Assembly (NCBI GenBank): GCA_963664305.2
Contig: CAXXLV010000001.1
Span: forward strand, 864,001-928,000
Length of the DNA: 64,000 nucleotides
Direction: 5' to 3'
Origin: an uncultured Aliarcobacter sp.
Lineage (GTDB): Bacteria; Campylobacterota; Campylobacteria; Campylobacterales; Arcobacteraceae
The position numbers were made by a program, and so were the translations under genes. The first letter of the stretch is position 1. Every line of letters begins with the position of its first letter. The notes beneath the pieces were generated by a model. The model was not told the DNA's origin. It searched no databases and saw only the letters and a list, made by a program, of their open reading frames with translations. Positions 50,967-60,337 of this stretch are shown piece after piece.

Positions 50967-53509
50967 GAGTTTTCTCCCACAGGCAATGAAATAGTAAATT
51001 CAGCACCTAAATACTCATTATTGTGATAAATAAAAGTTTTATTTGAAACAGTTAACATTCCTTTTAAATGTTTTTCAACTAAAAGTTTACTCATATAAAG
51101 ACCAATTCCAGTACCTTTAAATTTGTGTTTAGTAGTAAAATAAGGTTCAAATATTTTATCAATAATATCTTCATTTATACCATTTGCATTATCTTGTATT
51201 TTTATATTAAAATAGCCATTTTCTTTTATAACATTGATTATTAGAAGATTATCATCTCTTCCTTTTTCTTTTAATGCATCTTTAGCATTAACAAAAATAT
51301 TCATAAGAACTTGTATTAGTTCATTTTCTAAAGATAAAATATTCACATCATCAATATTTTTAATCACAGTAATTTTATGTGAATTAAGTGTAGGTGAAAC
51401 TAAATCAACAGCTTTATTTATAACATTTGATATATTTATTTGAGTTAAGATTTTTTCTTTACTAAAGAAATTTCTAAAATCATCTATTGTATTTGAAAGA
51501 TATTGAGTCGATTGTTTTATATGTTCAACCGATTTAAAAAATTCTTCATCATCTAAAGTATGATATTTCTTTTTAAGTTCCATTCCTGTAGCACAAACAC
51601 TAATAGTTGATAAAGGTTGTCTCCATTGATGAGCAATATTTTCAAGCATTTCTCCCATCGAAGCCATTCTTGATTGTTGTATTAAAATTCTATTTTTCTC
51701 TTCGTTTTTTTCAATTTCTAAACGTACTTTATCTAATAATCTTTTATTTAATTTTTTTAATAAATATTGTCTATAAATCAAAAAAAGAACTAAAATTAGA
51801 ATAATTATAGATACTAAAAGTGTATAGTTTAACTCTTTTGAATAACTTATTGAAATCCACTTATTTAAAATTTCTTGTCTTTTTGTTGATGAAATATCTT
51901 CTATTGCTTTATTTAAAATAGTGTTTAAAATTGGTTCATCATTTCTTGATGCAATTGCTAAATCCAATGTTTCATCGAATTTTCCTGTGATTTTTAATTG
52001 ACCAATATAATGATTTTGTATTTCATAACCAACAGTCACTAAACTACCAATAAAACCAAAAACTTCACCTTTTTCAACTTTTTTCAAACCTTCATTTACG
52101 TCAAGAACATCAATAAAATTTATGTTTGGAAATTTGATTCTTAAAATTTCTGCATAAGCATAATTTTTTACAATTGCTAATTTTTCATTTTTTACTTGAT
52201 TGATATTGTCAATAAAAGGTGTATTTATATTTGAAGCAAGAACAACTGGAATATTTAAAAATGGTTTTGTGAAATTTAGATATTTTTGTCTATCAGGTGT
52301 TGTCATTACAAGTGAAAAAATATCACACTCTCTTTTTTTACCTTTTTCAATACTTTCACTCCAAGTTTTTGTAGGAACTAAAACTATAGGTGTTTTTATT
52401 TTATTTTCGATAATTTTTATATAATCAGCTGCAATTCCAATATGTTTATCATTTTCAATTTTTTCAAATGGCATCCAATTTGGATCAACACACATGGTTA
52501 TTTTTTCTTTTTTTTCTAAATAACTTTTTTCATCTTTTGTTAATAAAATATCATCTTCTAAAGGGTTTGTATACAACAAATCATCTACGTTGATTTCATT
52601 GTTAATCAATCCCATTATTCTATAAGTGTTTATTATTAGGTTTATTTTTTCTTGAGTGATTGTTCCAATTCTGCCATTTTTATCATAAACAAGCTTTTTC
52701 ATCTCATTTGCTTCAAATAATAGACTTTCTAAACTTTTGTTTTGAGGATTGTATTTTGTATAAATAAGATTTACAGCTTCATCAAGATTTTCAAAGGCAT
52801 ATTCCCATCCTTTTATAGTTGCATTATAAAAGTTTTTTACTATTTTTGGATTTTTGTTTGCAAACTCTTTTGTTGTAAAAATAATTTCTTCATAGAAATC
52901 AAAACCGTAATCTTTTGGATTAAATATTGTAGTTTCATAACCTTTTTCTTTTAATATAAAAGGTTCATTTGTAGTATATCCTAACATTACATCAGCTTTT
53001 TTATTTATTAAATCATCAACATTAAAAGAGTGCTCAACTATTTTTATATTTGATAATTCAACACCTTTGCTAGAAAGCATTGATTTAAAAGTAGCAAATC
53101 TTTGTTGCTCTTTTGATATCATTAAAGTTTTATTTTTGATATCTTCTAAATATTGTAATTTTGAATCTTTTAAAGCAAGAAGAATAAGAGGAGATGATTG
53201 AAAAATTGAACCTAGTAAAACTATATCTTTTCCATTTGATTTATCAATAATCAATGAACTAGAATTTGTACCAAAATCAGCTCTTTTATTTATAACTTCA
53301 TCTATAACATTTATTGAAGGATTGAATTTTTTTATCTCAACATCTAAACCAACATCTCTATAGAAACCTTTTTCTTTTGCTATATAAAAACCTGCAAATT
53401 GAAATTGGTCAAGCCACATAAGTTGAATAGATGTTTTTTGTAAAGTAGAAGCTTTCAAAAAAGAAGAAAAACTTAGTAATAATAGAATTATAGTAATTAC
53501 TCTTTTTAT
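50963..53509 (-). CDS. Sensor histidine kinase with NMT1/THI5-type and family-3 solute-binding periplasmic domains; probable ATA start at 53509
   Basis: QFQFAGFYIAKEKGFY; DPNWMPFE; TM; IAHQWRQPL, NAKDA, FEPYFTTK, GTGIGL; in-frame signal peptide upstream of the ORF-track TTG at 53458. Confidence 0.9.
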   Translation of the reverse strand: MKRVITIILLLLSFSSFLKASTLQKTSIQLMWLDQFQFAGFYIAKEKGFYRDVGLDVEIKKFNPSINVIDEVINKRADFGTNSSSLIIDKSNGKDIVLLGSIFQSSPLILLALKDSKLQYLEDIKNKTLMISKEQQRFATFKSMLSSKGVELSNIKIVEHSFNVDDLINKKADVMLGYTTNEPFILKEKGYETTIFNPKDYGFDFYEEIIFTTKEFANKNPKIVKNFYNATIKGWEYAFENLDEAVNLIYTKYNPQNKSLESLLFEANEMKKLVYDKNGRIGTITQEKINLIINTYRIMGLINNEINVDDLLYTNPLEDDILLTKDEKSYLEKKEKITMCVDPNWMPFEKIENDKHIGIAADYIKIIENKIKTPIVLVPTKTWSESIEKGKKRECDIFSLVMTTPDRQKYLNFTKPFLNIPVVLASNINTPFIDNINQVKNEKLAIVKNYAYAEILRIKFPNINFIDVLDVNEGLKKVEKGEVFGFIGSLVTVGYEIQNHYIGQLKITGKFDETLDLAIASRNDEPILNTILNKAIEDISSTKRQEILNKWISISYSKELNYTLLVSIIILILVLFLIYRQYLLKKLNKRLLDKVRLEIEKNEEKNRILIQQSRMASMGEMLENIAHQWRQPLSTISVCATGMELKKKYHTLDDEEFFKSVEHIKQSTQYLSNTIDDFRNFFSKEKILTQINISNVINKAVDLVSPTLNSHKITVIKNIDDVNILSLENELIQVLMNIFVNAKDALKEKGRDDNLLIINVIKENGYFNIKIQDNANGINEDIIDKIFEPYFTTKHKFKGTGIGLYMSKLLVEKHLKGMLTVSNKTFIYHNNEYLGAEFTISLPVGENS

Positions 53510-53591
53510 TGGATAGCCTTTTTTACAAATTTTAACGCAATATTATAACAAAGTAAGATAAAATAATACATTACTAAAATTAGGAAAATAG

Positions 53592-54089
53592 ATGTCTAAA
53601 GAAAAGTCAATTAAAAATAAAATTTTAGAGTATATCTATACAGTTTCTAAGCAACCAATTTTATTAAAAGATTTGTTAGTTGCAAATAGACAGTATAATG
53701 AAGGAATGCATGTTGACCCTGCAAAATTAGGATTTAGATTAAATCTTATGCGAGCTTATATGGTTTATATAGGAATTGTTTTAGCTATATTAGTACCAGT
53801 TTCTTTTTTAACTCATAAGCCATTAGCAAAAATTGATCCGCATATTTCAATTTTAGGAGCAATGGCAATTACTGCTGCAATTTTTATAGGATTTAATTTT
53901 TTCAGAGATAAGATGAGAGATATTATGACTAAAGAATTAATCATAAAATCTTGGAAGTTACATTTTCCATTTTTTTCTTATGAAGATTATTCTATTAAAA
54001 TTGATGTTATTTTTGATGATTCGATAAAAGATGAGATTTCAAAAAGAGATTTAGAAAAGTATATATTAGATAAACTAACTACTCTTTAG
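53592..54089 (+). CDS. Hypothetical membrane protein (two TM)
   Basis: ORF with AGGA RBS, two hydrophobic helices. Confidence 0.7.
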   Translation: MSKEKSIKNKILEYIYTVSKQPILLKDLLVANRQYNEGMHVDPAKLGFRLNLMRAYMVYIGIVLAILVPVSFLTHKPLAKIDPHISILGAMAITAAIFIGFNFFRDKMRDIMTKELIIKSWKLHFPFFSYEDYSIKIDVIFDDSIKDEISKRDLEKYILDKLTTL

Positions 54090-54099
54090 TAGATAGTTT
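54072..54099. terminator. Imperfect hairpin between convergent genes
   Basis: AAACTAACTACT-CTTT-AGTAGATAGTTT, one mismatch. Confidence 0.45.
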
Positions 54100-54910
54100 A
54101 TTTTTTTTCTAAAATTGTATTTAAAGCTAGTTTTGTATTTTCCCATCTATTTTGAGCATTTAACATAACAAGTAAAATATCTTTTTTATCTTTTTTAGCT
54201 CTTGCAATTAAACAAGGTCCAGCTTGATTTGTATATCCAGTTTTTACACCAATTACATATTTATCTCTATCTAACATTTTATTACTTGTATGAACTCTGT
54301 ATAATCTTTTTGTGTTAACTGCTGTAAAAGCATAAGAGTTCTTTTTTACAATAGCGTTAAAAGTTGAATTTTTGATTGCGTATTCTGTAAGTTTTAATAA
54401 ATCATTTGCAGTTGTTTTATGGTTTTTAGAATCAAATCCACAAGGATTTTCAAAATTTGTACTTGCCATTCCAAGTTTTTTTGCTCTCCAGTTCATCATA
54501 CCAACAAATTTTTGTTTATCACCATTTCCAAGGTAAATCGCAATGGCAGTTGCTGCATCATTTGCAGATTTTATAAGTGCAGCGTGAACTAAATCTTTTA
54601 AATAAAATTTTTCACCAACTTTAAAATTTAAAATTGTTGGTTCTACTTTTTTCATCTCTGCTGTAATAGTTACAACATTATTCATTTTTCCACTTTCAAT
54701 TGCAAGAATTGCTGTCATGATTTTAGTAAGACTTGCTGGTCTAACTGCTTGATTTGCATCTTTTTGAAAAATTGTTTTTTTACTGTTTAAGTCTTTTACA
54801 ATTATAGAGTCTAAATCTTTTTCGATTTTTTGAAATACCTTTGTATCATTATAAGAAAAAGCCATTGATGGAATAAAAAGAATAAGAAAAAGAGAAAGAA
54901 TAAACTTCAT
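54098..54910 (-). CDS. D-alanyl-D-alanine carboxypeptidase (peptidase S11)
   Basis: PASLTKIMT (SxxK), SANDAA (SxN), KTGYT; signal peptide from ATG 54910. Confidence 0.92.
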   Translation of the reverse strand: MKFILSLFLILFIPSMAFSYNDTKVFQKIEKDLDSIIVKDLNSKKTIFQKDANQAVRPASLTKIMTAILAIESGKMNNVVTITAEMKKVEPTILNFKVGEKFYLKDLVHAALIKSANDAATAIAIYLGNGDKQKFVGMMNWRAKKLGMASTNFENPCGFDSKNHKTTANDLLKLTEYAIKNSTFNAIVKKNSYAFTAVNTKRLYRVHTSNKMLDRDKYVIGVKTGYTNQAGPCLIARAKKDKKDILLVMLNAQNRWENTKLALNTILEKK

Positions 54911-55003
54911 TAATACACCTGTTTTAAGAATTTGATTTTGAAAAGAAAAAATTTTCAATAAAATTATATTCAAATTTGCCTTTCTTTTCATAAAAGAAAT
55001 TGA

Positions 55004-55753
55004 TTATTTATCATGTAATGCGAAAGCTTTTGTATTTCTTTGTTTTTTTAGTTCCATATCTATAAATTCACCAATTAAATCTTGTTTTTTATTTGTTGCA
55101 AGAGTTATTTTTCTTTTAACTGGACGATGTTCATATATTAAAAAATTTGCTTCATACATAGAAAGTCTAATTGGTGTTGCTATTGCATAAGAACTCATGA
55201 TAAAACTATCTTTACAAAGTTTGTAAATATCATCAAAATACTCTTTTGTCCAAAGTTCAAAGTTTACATCACTAGAAAAGGCATCTTGGTAAACAATGTC
55301 AAAAGAGTTTGGTTTTAAATTTTTTATATAATCTCTTGCATCTCCTATAAAAACTTCTATTTTGATTTTTTCATCTTCATATTTAGAAGTTTGTGAAATA
55401 GAATCTATAATATGTTTTATATTTTCAAACTCTTTTGGAAAAGGAAAATCTTTTAAAGATTTAATCAAATTCCCATCAAGTTCAGGTGAATAAAAATTTA
55501 GTTTTATATCAAGATTATTTTTCAAACAATAATAAATTGTAGAAAAAGTGTTATATCCAATCCCAAAACAAATATCTAAAATAGTTAGCTCTTTTTTGTT
55601 TTGATGAAATGTAAAAGTAGGGATTATATGTTTTGTTAAAGCTTCATTTATAGCACCATCATCAGGATTGTGATAGTGTTGGTTATAAAATTGTGAAAAA
55701 AGTGTATTTGAACCATCTTTTGTAGAAACTATTGAGTTTATATTATCTTGCAA
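55004..55753 (-). CDS. tRNA mnm5s2U34 methyltransferase (MnmC methyltransferase domain only)
   Basis: TKDGSNTL, HYH..GA, DICFGIGYN, GDAR, QDAFS...ELW. Confidence 0.85.
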   Translation of the reverse strand: MQDNINSIVSTKDGSNTLFSQFYNQHYHNPDDGAINEALTKHIIPTFTFHQNKKELTILDICFGIGYNTFSTIYYCLKNNLDIKLNFYSPELDGNLIKSLKDFPFPKEFENIKHIIDSISQTSKYEDEKIKIEVFIGDARDYIKNLKPNSFDIVYQDAFSSDVNFELWTKEYFDDIYKLCKDSFIMSSYAIATPIRLSMYEANFLIYEHRPVKRKITLATNKKQDLIGEFIDMELKKQRNTKAFALHDK

Positions 55754-55768
55754 GATTAATTTTCCAAC

Positions 55769-56212
55769 TTATAAACCATTGTCCCAATGGTGCATTTTTT
55801 TTGCAGTAAAAATATAAACATCATCAAAAAGGTCAATACAATTTGGTGCTTGAAATCCTATATTTTCTAATAAATCTAAAATCTCATATCTATTGTCATT
55901 TGATATTTTTTCAAGGATGATTATATTTCCAGAATTTTCTAAAGCTTTATACATAAGTTTTAAAATCTCTTCTTGATTTTTACAATATGAAATAATATCA
56001 CCTAAGATTATGTATTCAAACTCTCTTGCTGTTGCTTTTAGTTTGGCACTTGAATCATCTAAAAAAGGAATATATTTTATATGTCCTTGATTTTTTTCTT
56101 TGATTTCTTCTAATGTAGAATCAACCAAACCTAAAGAGTTATCTATATGTAAAATAGCTATATTTGTATAATCGCTAAATAACTCTTTAAAAAGATTTAG
56201 TTTTTCTTGCAC
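55769..56212 (-). CDS. Hypothetical protein with degenerate methyltransferase-like fold
   Basis: FEYIIL, MYKALENSGNIIILE, IFTAKK resemble class I MTase C-terminal strands; no glycine-rich motif I. Confidence 0.5.
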   Translation of the reverse strand: MQEKLNLFKELFSDYTNIAILHIDNSLGLVDSTLEEIKEKNQGHIKYIPFLDDSSAKLKATAREFEYIILGDIISYCKNQEEILKLMYKALENSGNIIILEKISNDNRYEILDLLENIGFQAPNCIDLFDDVYIFTAKKMHHWDNGL

Positions 56213-56215
56213 TTT

Positions 56216-56731
56216 TTAGTTTCCTAAAGATTTTAGTTTATCTTCAGATAAATATAATTTTTCGTTTGACATAACACCAATATCTGCTTTTAAAATATCT
56301 CTTGCAATATCTTTTGCTTCATCAAGTGAGTGCATTGCACATGTTCCACATTGAAAAATATTTAATTCTGGAATATCATTTTGTTTTTCAACTTTTAAAA
56401 CATCTTCCATAGCTTTTTTCCAAGCAACGGCAACTTCTTGTTCACTTGGAGTTCCAATTAAACTCATATAAAAACCAGTTCTACAACCCATAGGAGAAAC
56501 ATCGATGATTTCAACTTTGTCAGAGTTTAGATGATTTCTAATAAAACCAGCAAAAAGATGCTCTAATGTGTGAATACCTTTTTCACTCATCATTGATTCA
56601 TTTGGTACACAAAATCTTAAATCAAAAACTGTGATATTGTCACCTTTTGGAGTTTGCATTGTTTTTGCAACTCTAACAGCAGGTGCAGGCATAATCGTAT
56701 GGTCAACTCTAAAACTATCTAATAATGGCAT
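56216..56731 (-). CDS. luxS: S-ribosylhomocysteine lyase (AI-2 synthase)
   Basis: [28 protein letters not shown]. Confidence 0.98.
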   Translation of the reverse strand: MPLLDSFRVDHTIMPAPAVRVAKTMQTPKGDNITVFDLRFCVPNESMMSEKGIHTLEHLFAGFIRNHLNSDKVEIIDVSPMGCRTGFYMSLIGTPSEQEVAVAWKKAMEDVLKVEKQNDIPELNIFQCGTCAMHSLDEAKDIARDILKADIGVMSNEKLYLSEDKLKSLGN

Positions 56732-56839
56732 AATAATTTCCTTTTATATTGTATAAATCTAATAAATATTTTTTAAATAAGTGTTGATTGTATCAAAAGT
56801 TTTATGAATAGGTGATAAGAAATAATTTAAGAAAATTGT

Positions 56840-57517
56840 CTATATAGATTTTAGTTCTAGTTTATATCCCATTCCTGAATAGTTTTTTATGATGTTTTTA
56901 TTTGTCTTTTTTCTCAAATCTCTTATCAAAGATTTCAGTGCAGCATTTGTACATTCATTATTCCAAATGTGATACTTTAATTCTTCGTAAGTTATTACTC
57001 TTCCTTGGTTTTGAATGAGTAGATTCATTAGTAAACTCTCTTTTTTATTTAAAACAAAAGATTCATTGTTTTTTATGATACTTTGAGTTTGAAAGTTAAA
57101 AAAGATATTGTTTAGTAATTTGAAATTACTATAGATTCTTCTTTCTATGATTTCCATACATTTATTTAAAGCTTGAAGTAAAATTTCATTGTCAAATGGT
57201 TTTGTGATATATTTTGTAATATAAAGTTCTAATAATTCTGTTAGAAACTGATTGTTTTTGTTGTTTGATAAAACAACAAATGCAGTTTTTATATCATCTT
57301 TTCTAATCTCAATTAAAAAATCGATAATATCTCTATTTTCAAAATCACTTTCTATTATGATTAAACAAGGAGATTGTTTTAGGTATTGTTGTTTAGCTTC
57401 AATTATTGTTGAACTACTTGTAACTTTATTTACAGTGTTACAAAGAAAAGAAAAAAGTTCCTCATCTTTGTTTTGATTATCCATGATATAAAGTACAGAT
57501 AAATCACTTAATTCCAT
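56840..57517 (-). CDS. OmpR-family response regulator, atypical receiver
   Basis: Receiver with KPF and winged helix (LNKKE, IRDLRKK, GMGYKL); Glu at the expected Asp site. Confidence 0.85.
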   Translation of the reverse strand: MELSDLSVLYIMDNQNKDEELFSFLCNTVNKVTSSSTIIEAKQQYLKQSPCLIIIESDFENRDIIDFLIEIRKDDIKTAFVVLSNNKNNQFLTELLELYITKYITKPFDNEILLQALNKCMEIIERRIYSNFKLLNNIFFNFQTQSIIKNNESFVLNKKESLLMNLLIQNQGRVITYEELKYHIWNNECTNAALKSLIRDLRKKTNKNIIKNYSGMGYKLELKSI

Positions 57518-57525
57518 TTATTACC

Positions 57526-58086
57526 CTATATTAATTTTAAAATCTCATCAGTAGTTTCAACTTTTGCATAGGCAAATTGAAGTGCTGCCATTGATACAGC
57601 ATGGGAAATTGACGCATCAATTTTCATACCATTAAATTCTATATCACTTGTTGCACATGCATCATGGGCAACAAAACAGTTATATCCAAAATCACTAGCT
57701 GCTCTTGTAACCGCAGTAACACACATATAAGACATCGCTCCAACTATAATAACATTTGTAATATTAGAATCATCCAATATCTCTTTTAGCTTAGTATCTT
57801 TAAATGAATTTACACTATGTTTTAAAACTTGTGATTCATTTTCTTTTGGAGTTAGTGAATCATGAATTTTTGCACCTTGTGAGTTTGGAGCAAAAAATGG
57901 AGGATTTTCTGTATTAAATTCATGTTTTACATGAATTATTTTCATGTCTTTTTCTCTAAATTTGTTTAATAATTTTAAGGCATTAAAAGCAGCTTCTTCT
58001 GTATTTTTTAATTTCCATTTAGCATTTTCAAAGCTTTCAAAGTAGTCATTTTGTAAATCAATCAATAGTAATGCCGTATTTTCCAT
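57526..58086 (-). CDS. Isochorismatase / cysteine hydrolase family protein
   Basis: ALLLIDLQNDYF, KHSVNSF, MCV..TRAA.DFGY, DACAT. Confidence 0.92.
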   Translation of the reverse strand: MENTALLLIDLQNDYFESFENAKWKLKNTEEAAFNALKLLNKFREKDMKIIHVKHEFNTENPPFFAPNSQGAKIHDSLTPKENESQVLKHSVNSFKDTKLKEILDDSNITNVIIVGAMSYMCVTAVTRAASDFGYNCFVAHDACATSDIEFNGMKIDASISHAVSMAALQFAYAKVETTDEILKLI

Positions 58087-58158
58087 AATATTTTCCTTCT
58101 TTTAATTTATTGGAAAGTATATAAATTTATTGAAGGAAAAAAGAGGGATTAAAATAAA

Positions 58159-58554
58159 TTAGATGGTTGATTTATAATTTTCAAGTAGTTTTCTTAGGTG
58201 CTTTGTGGCTTGAATTTTTTGATAATATGTAAAAATTACAATAAAAATAATTCCAATTCCATAGGTAAAAGGAATAGCAAGTATTAATAAAATGGCTAAA
58301 ATAAGTGTATCGTGAAGTTCTGCATTTATTAAAACTTGAGATGATTTATCTTTTTTGTTTGTTGAAATTGTGATATTTAGGTTGTATCTTAAATATGTAT
58401 TTATATTGCATTTTGGTATAGATAAACTCTCTTTTTCTATTTTTGTTTCATACTCTTTGTCTTTTAGAAACTGCTTTTTTACGAACTCAAATAAAGATTT
58501 GTTTCCTTCTTTTAGATTTATCTCTTCTTGAAACTCTACATCAAACATACCCAT
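58159..58554 (-). CDS. Hypothetical membrane protein
   Basis: C-terminal hydrophobic hairpin; AAGG RBS. Confidence 0.6.
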   Translation of the reverse strand: MGMFDVEFQEEINLKEGNKSLFEFVKKQFLKDKEYETKIEKESLSIPKCNINTYLRYNLNITISTNKKDKSSQVLINAELHDTLILAILLILAIPFTYGIGIIFIVIFTYYQKIQATKHLRKLLENYKSTI

Positions 58555-58651
58555 AAATAGCCTTTTTTATTTTGAGTATAACAAAAAAATGAAAATGAAT
58601 AAGATGTTATTTGTATATAAAATAATCTATTGTATAAAAAAGTAAAGAAAG

Positions 58652-58678
58652 CTAGATTTGATATAAAATCAAATCTAG
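58652..58678 (-). terminator. Hairpin downstream of DUF1439-like gene
   Basis: CTAGATTTGAT-ATAAA-ATCAAATCTAG 11-bp stem. Confidence 0.65.
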
Positions 58679-58690
58679 GCTATCCAATTT

Positions 58691-59233
58691 CTAAAGACCA
58701 AAAGTTACCAAAAGTTCTGAATCTTCTATTTTTACATCTTTTACAAAAGAGCCTTTGAAAGATAATTTATCAATTTTATAAACTGGAATTGTGTTGAAAA
58801 TATTATCAACGATTGGTTTTGTATTTGCTACAACATTATCTAAAATAGTTTTATCAATATTTAGATTTGTCATTTTTAACTCATCTAATTCTATATCTTT
58901 TAGGTAAATTGCTGATTTTTCTTTATCAAAATATGGTATTCCACTAAAAGTTAGAGTTCCATTTGAGTTTGGTATAAAAATAGCAGAGATATTTAGATTT
59001 ATATTTGCACTTAGTCTATTTGTTCCATCTTTTATAAATAGATGAGGTTTTTGAAGTTCCATATTTGCAACTACAAAATCTTGTCTTATTGGAAACTCTT
59101 GTGAAAAGTTGTTTAGTTCACTCTCTTGAACTTTTAAAGTCAATCCATCACCATCAAATTTTTTTATACATCCTACAAAAAATAGAAGAGAAAATAAAAC
59201 CAATAATACTTGAAGCTTTTTTTGAAGATACAT
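58691..59233 (-). CDS. DUF1439 (YceB-like) lipoprotein
   Basis: Lipobox FFVG-C; PYFDKEKSAIYL and PVYK patterns. Confidence 0.7.
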   Translation of the reverse strand: MYLQKKLQVLLVLFSLLFFVGCIKKFDGDGLTLKVQESELNNFSQEFPIRQDFVVANMELQKPHLFIKDGTNRLSANINLNISAIFIPNSNGTLTFSGIPYFDKEKSAIYLKDIELDELKMTNLNIDKTILDNVVANTKPIVDNIFNTIPVYKIDKLSFKGSFVKDVKIEDSELLVTFGL

Positions 59234-59300
59234 TTTTTACCTTTTATTTAAAATTGTGAAATTTTACAAAGATAAATAAAAAGTTAGCTTTGATATGAAC

Positions 59301-59657
59301 TTAGTTCATACCAAGATTTTTTCTAACCATTGCTTTATATGCTTTCATATCATCTCTAATCATTGTTGGAATAATCTCTTCTTTACAAGCATGAACGATA
59401 TTTGCAAATTCTGGTTTTGAATAAATTGTATTTCTATCTCTTGCTAGGATTATTAGTTGATTTACATCATCATCTAAAGATATATCACTTCTATCGCAGA
59501 TTGCGTCATAAACATTGAAAAAAACTTCTCTATCGTGTGAACTCATTTGACAACTATCATCTAACATTTTAAGAGCTAGTTTTGAAGCATATTCTATTTG
59601 TATTGGTTCAAAATTAAAAGTTGTTGCCCACTCATAAGCTTTTTTAAAATAATCCAT
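59301..59657 (-). CDS. Hypothetical protein
   Basis: 118-aa ORF with AAGGAG RBS, 10 bp after upstream gene. Confidence 0.7.
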   Translation of the reverse strand: MDYFKKAYEWATTFNFEPIQIEYASKLALKMLDDSCQMSSHDREVFFNVYDAICDRSDISLDDDVNQLIILARDRNTIYSKPEFANIVHACKEEIIPTMIRDDMKAYKAMVRKNLGMN

Positions 59658-59667
59658 TTTTTCTCCT

Positions 59668-60231
59668 TTAGTCCATATATGGTATATCTAAGTTTGCATC
59701 TCTATCACTTGCAGTAAAATCAAAGTCACTATTAATTGGAAGTTTTAAAAGATTTTTTTCCAAAACTTTGATTTGTAATTTGTGGTAGTTGTTTGTATTT
59801 ATATTTCTTTCTATTTCATTTTTATAAAAACTAAGAATTATTGAGTGAATTTGTTCTTGTTTCTCTAGTAATTCAGCCAAAAATGAGTTTAGTTTTGAAA
59901 TATCAAAATCAGAAATTTTTGGTAATTTTCTTATGAGATTTCTAACAAACTGTTTTTGATGATAACCTTCACTCATAGTCAAAAGTTTTGAAGCAGCATA
60001 CATATCAGCTTCATTTCCTGAATAATTATATGAATATCTAAAGTGGTCACAAACAATCTCTATATATTTTGGATAGTGTTTTAAAACAAAAACTAACTCT
60101 TTCAAATCTCCATCAATTAAAACTTGAAATAGAGTTGCTGTTCGTTTTTCTATTTTATCCCAGTGATTGCCTTGTTCTTTAAATTCACCAAGAAAGCGTT
60201 CATAGTTTTCTAATTTTTCTTTTTCATTCAT
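59668..60231 (-). CDS. Hypothetical protein
   Basis: 187-aa ORF; TATAAT on minus strand at about 60251-60256. Confidence 0.7.
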   Translation of the reverse strand: MNEKEKLENYERFLGEFKEQGNHWDKIEKRTATLFQVLIDGDLKELVFVLKHYPKYIEIVCDHFRYSYNYSGNEADMYAASKLLTMSEGYHQKQFVRNLIRKLPKISDFDISKLNSFLAELLEKQEQIHSIILSFYKNEIERNINTNNYHKLQIKVLEKNLLKLPINSDFDFTASDRDANLDIPYMD

Positions 60232-60337
60232 AAATTTTTAATATGCAAGTATTATACCTTTGTAAACTATTTGACATAGGGCAAACTTTGGGATAAAATC
60301 TAAACTTAAATAATTTTTGAAAGGATAAATTGTTGTT

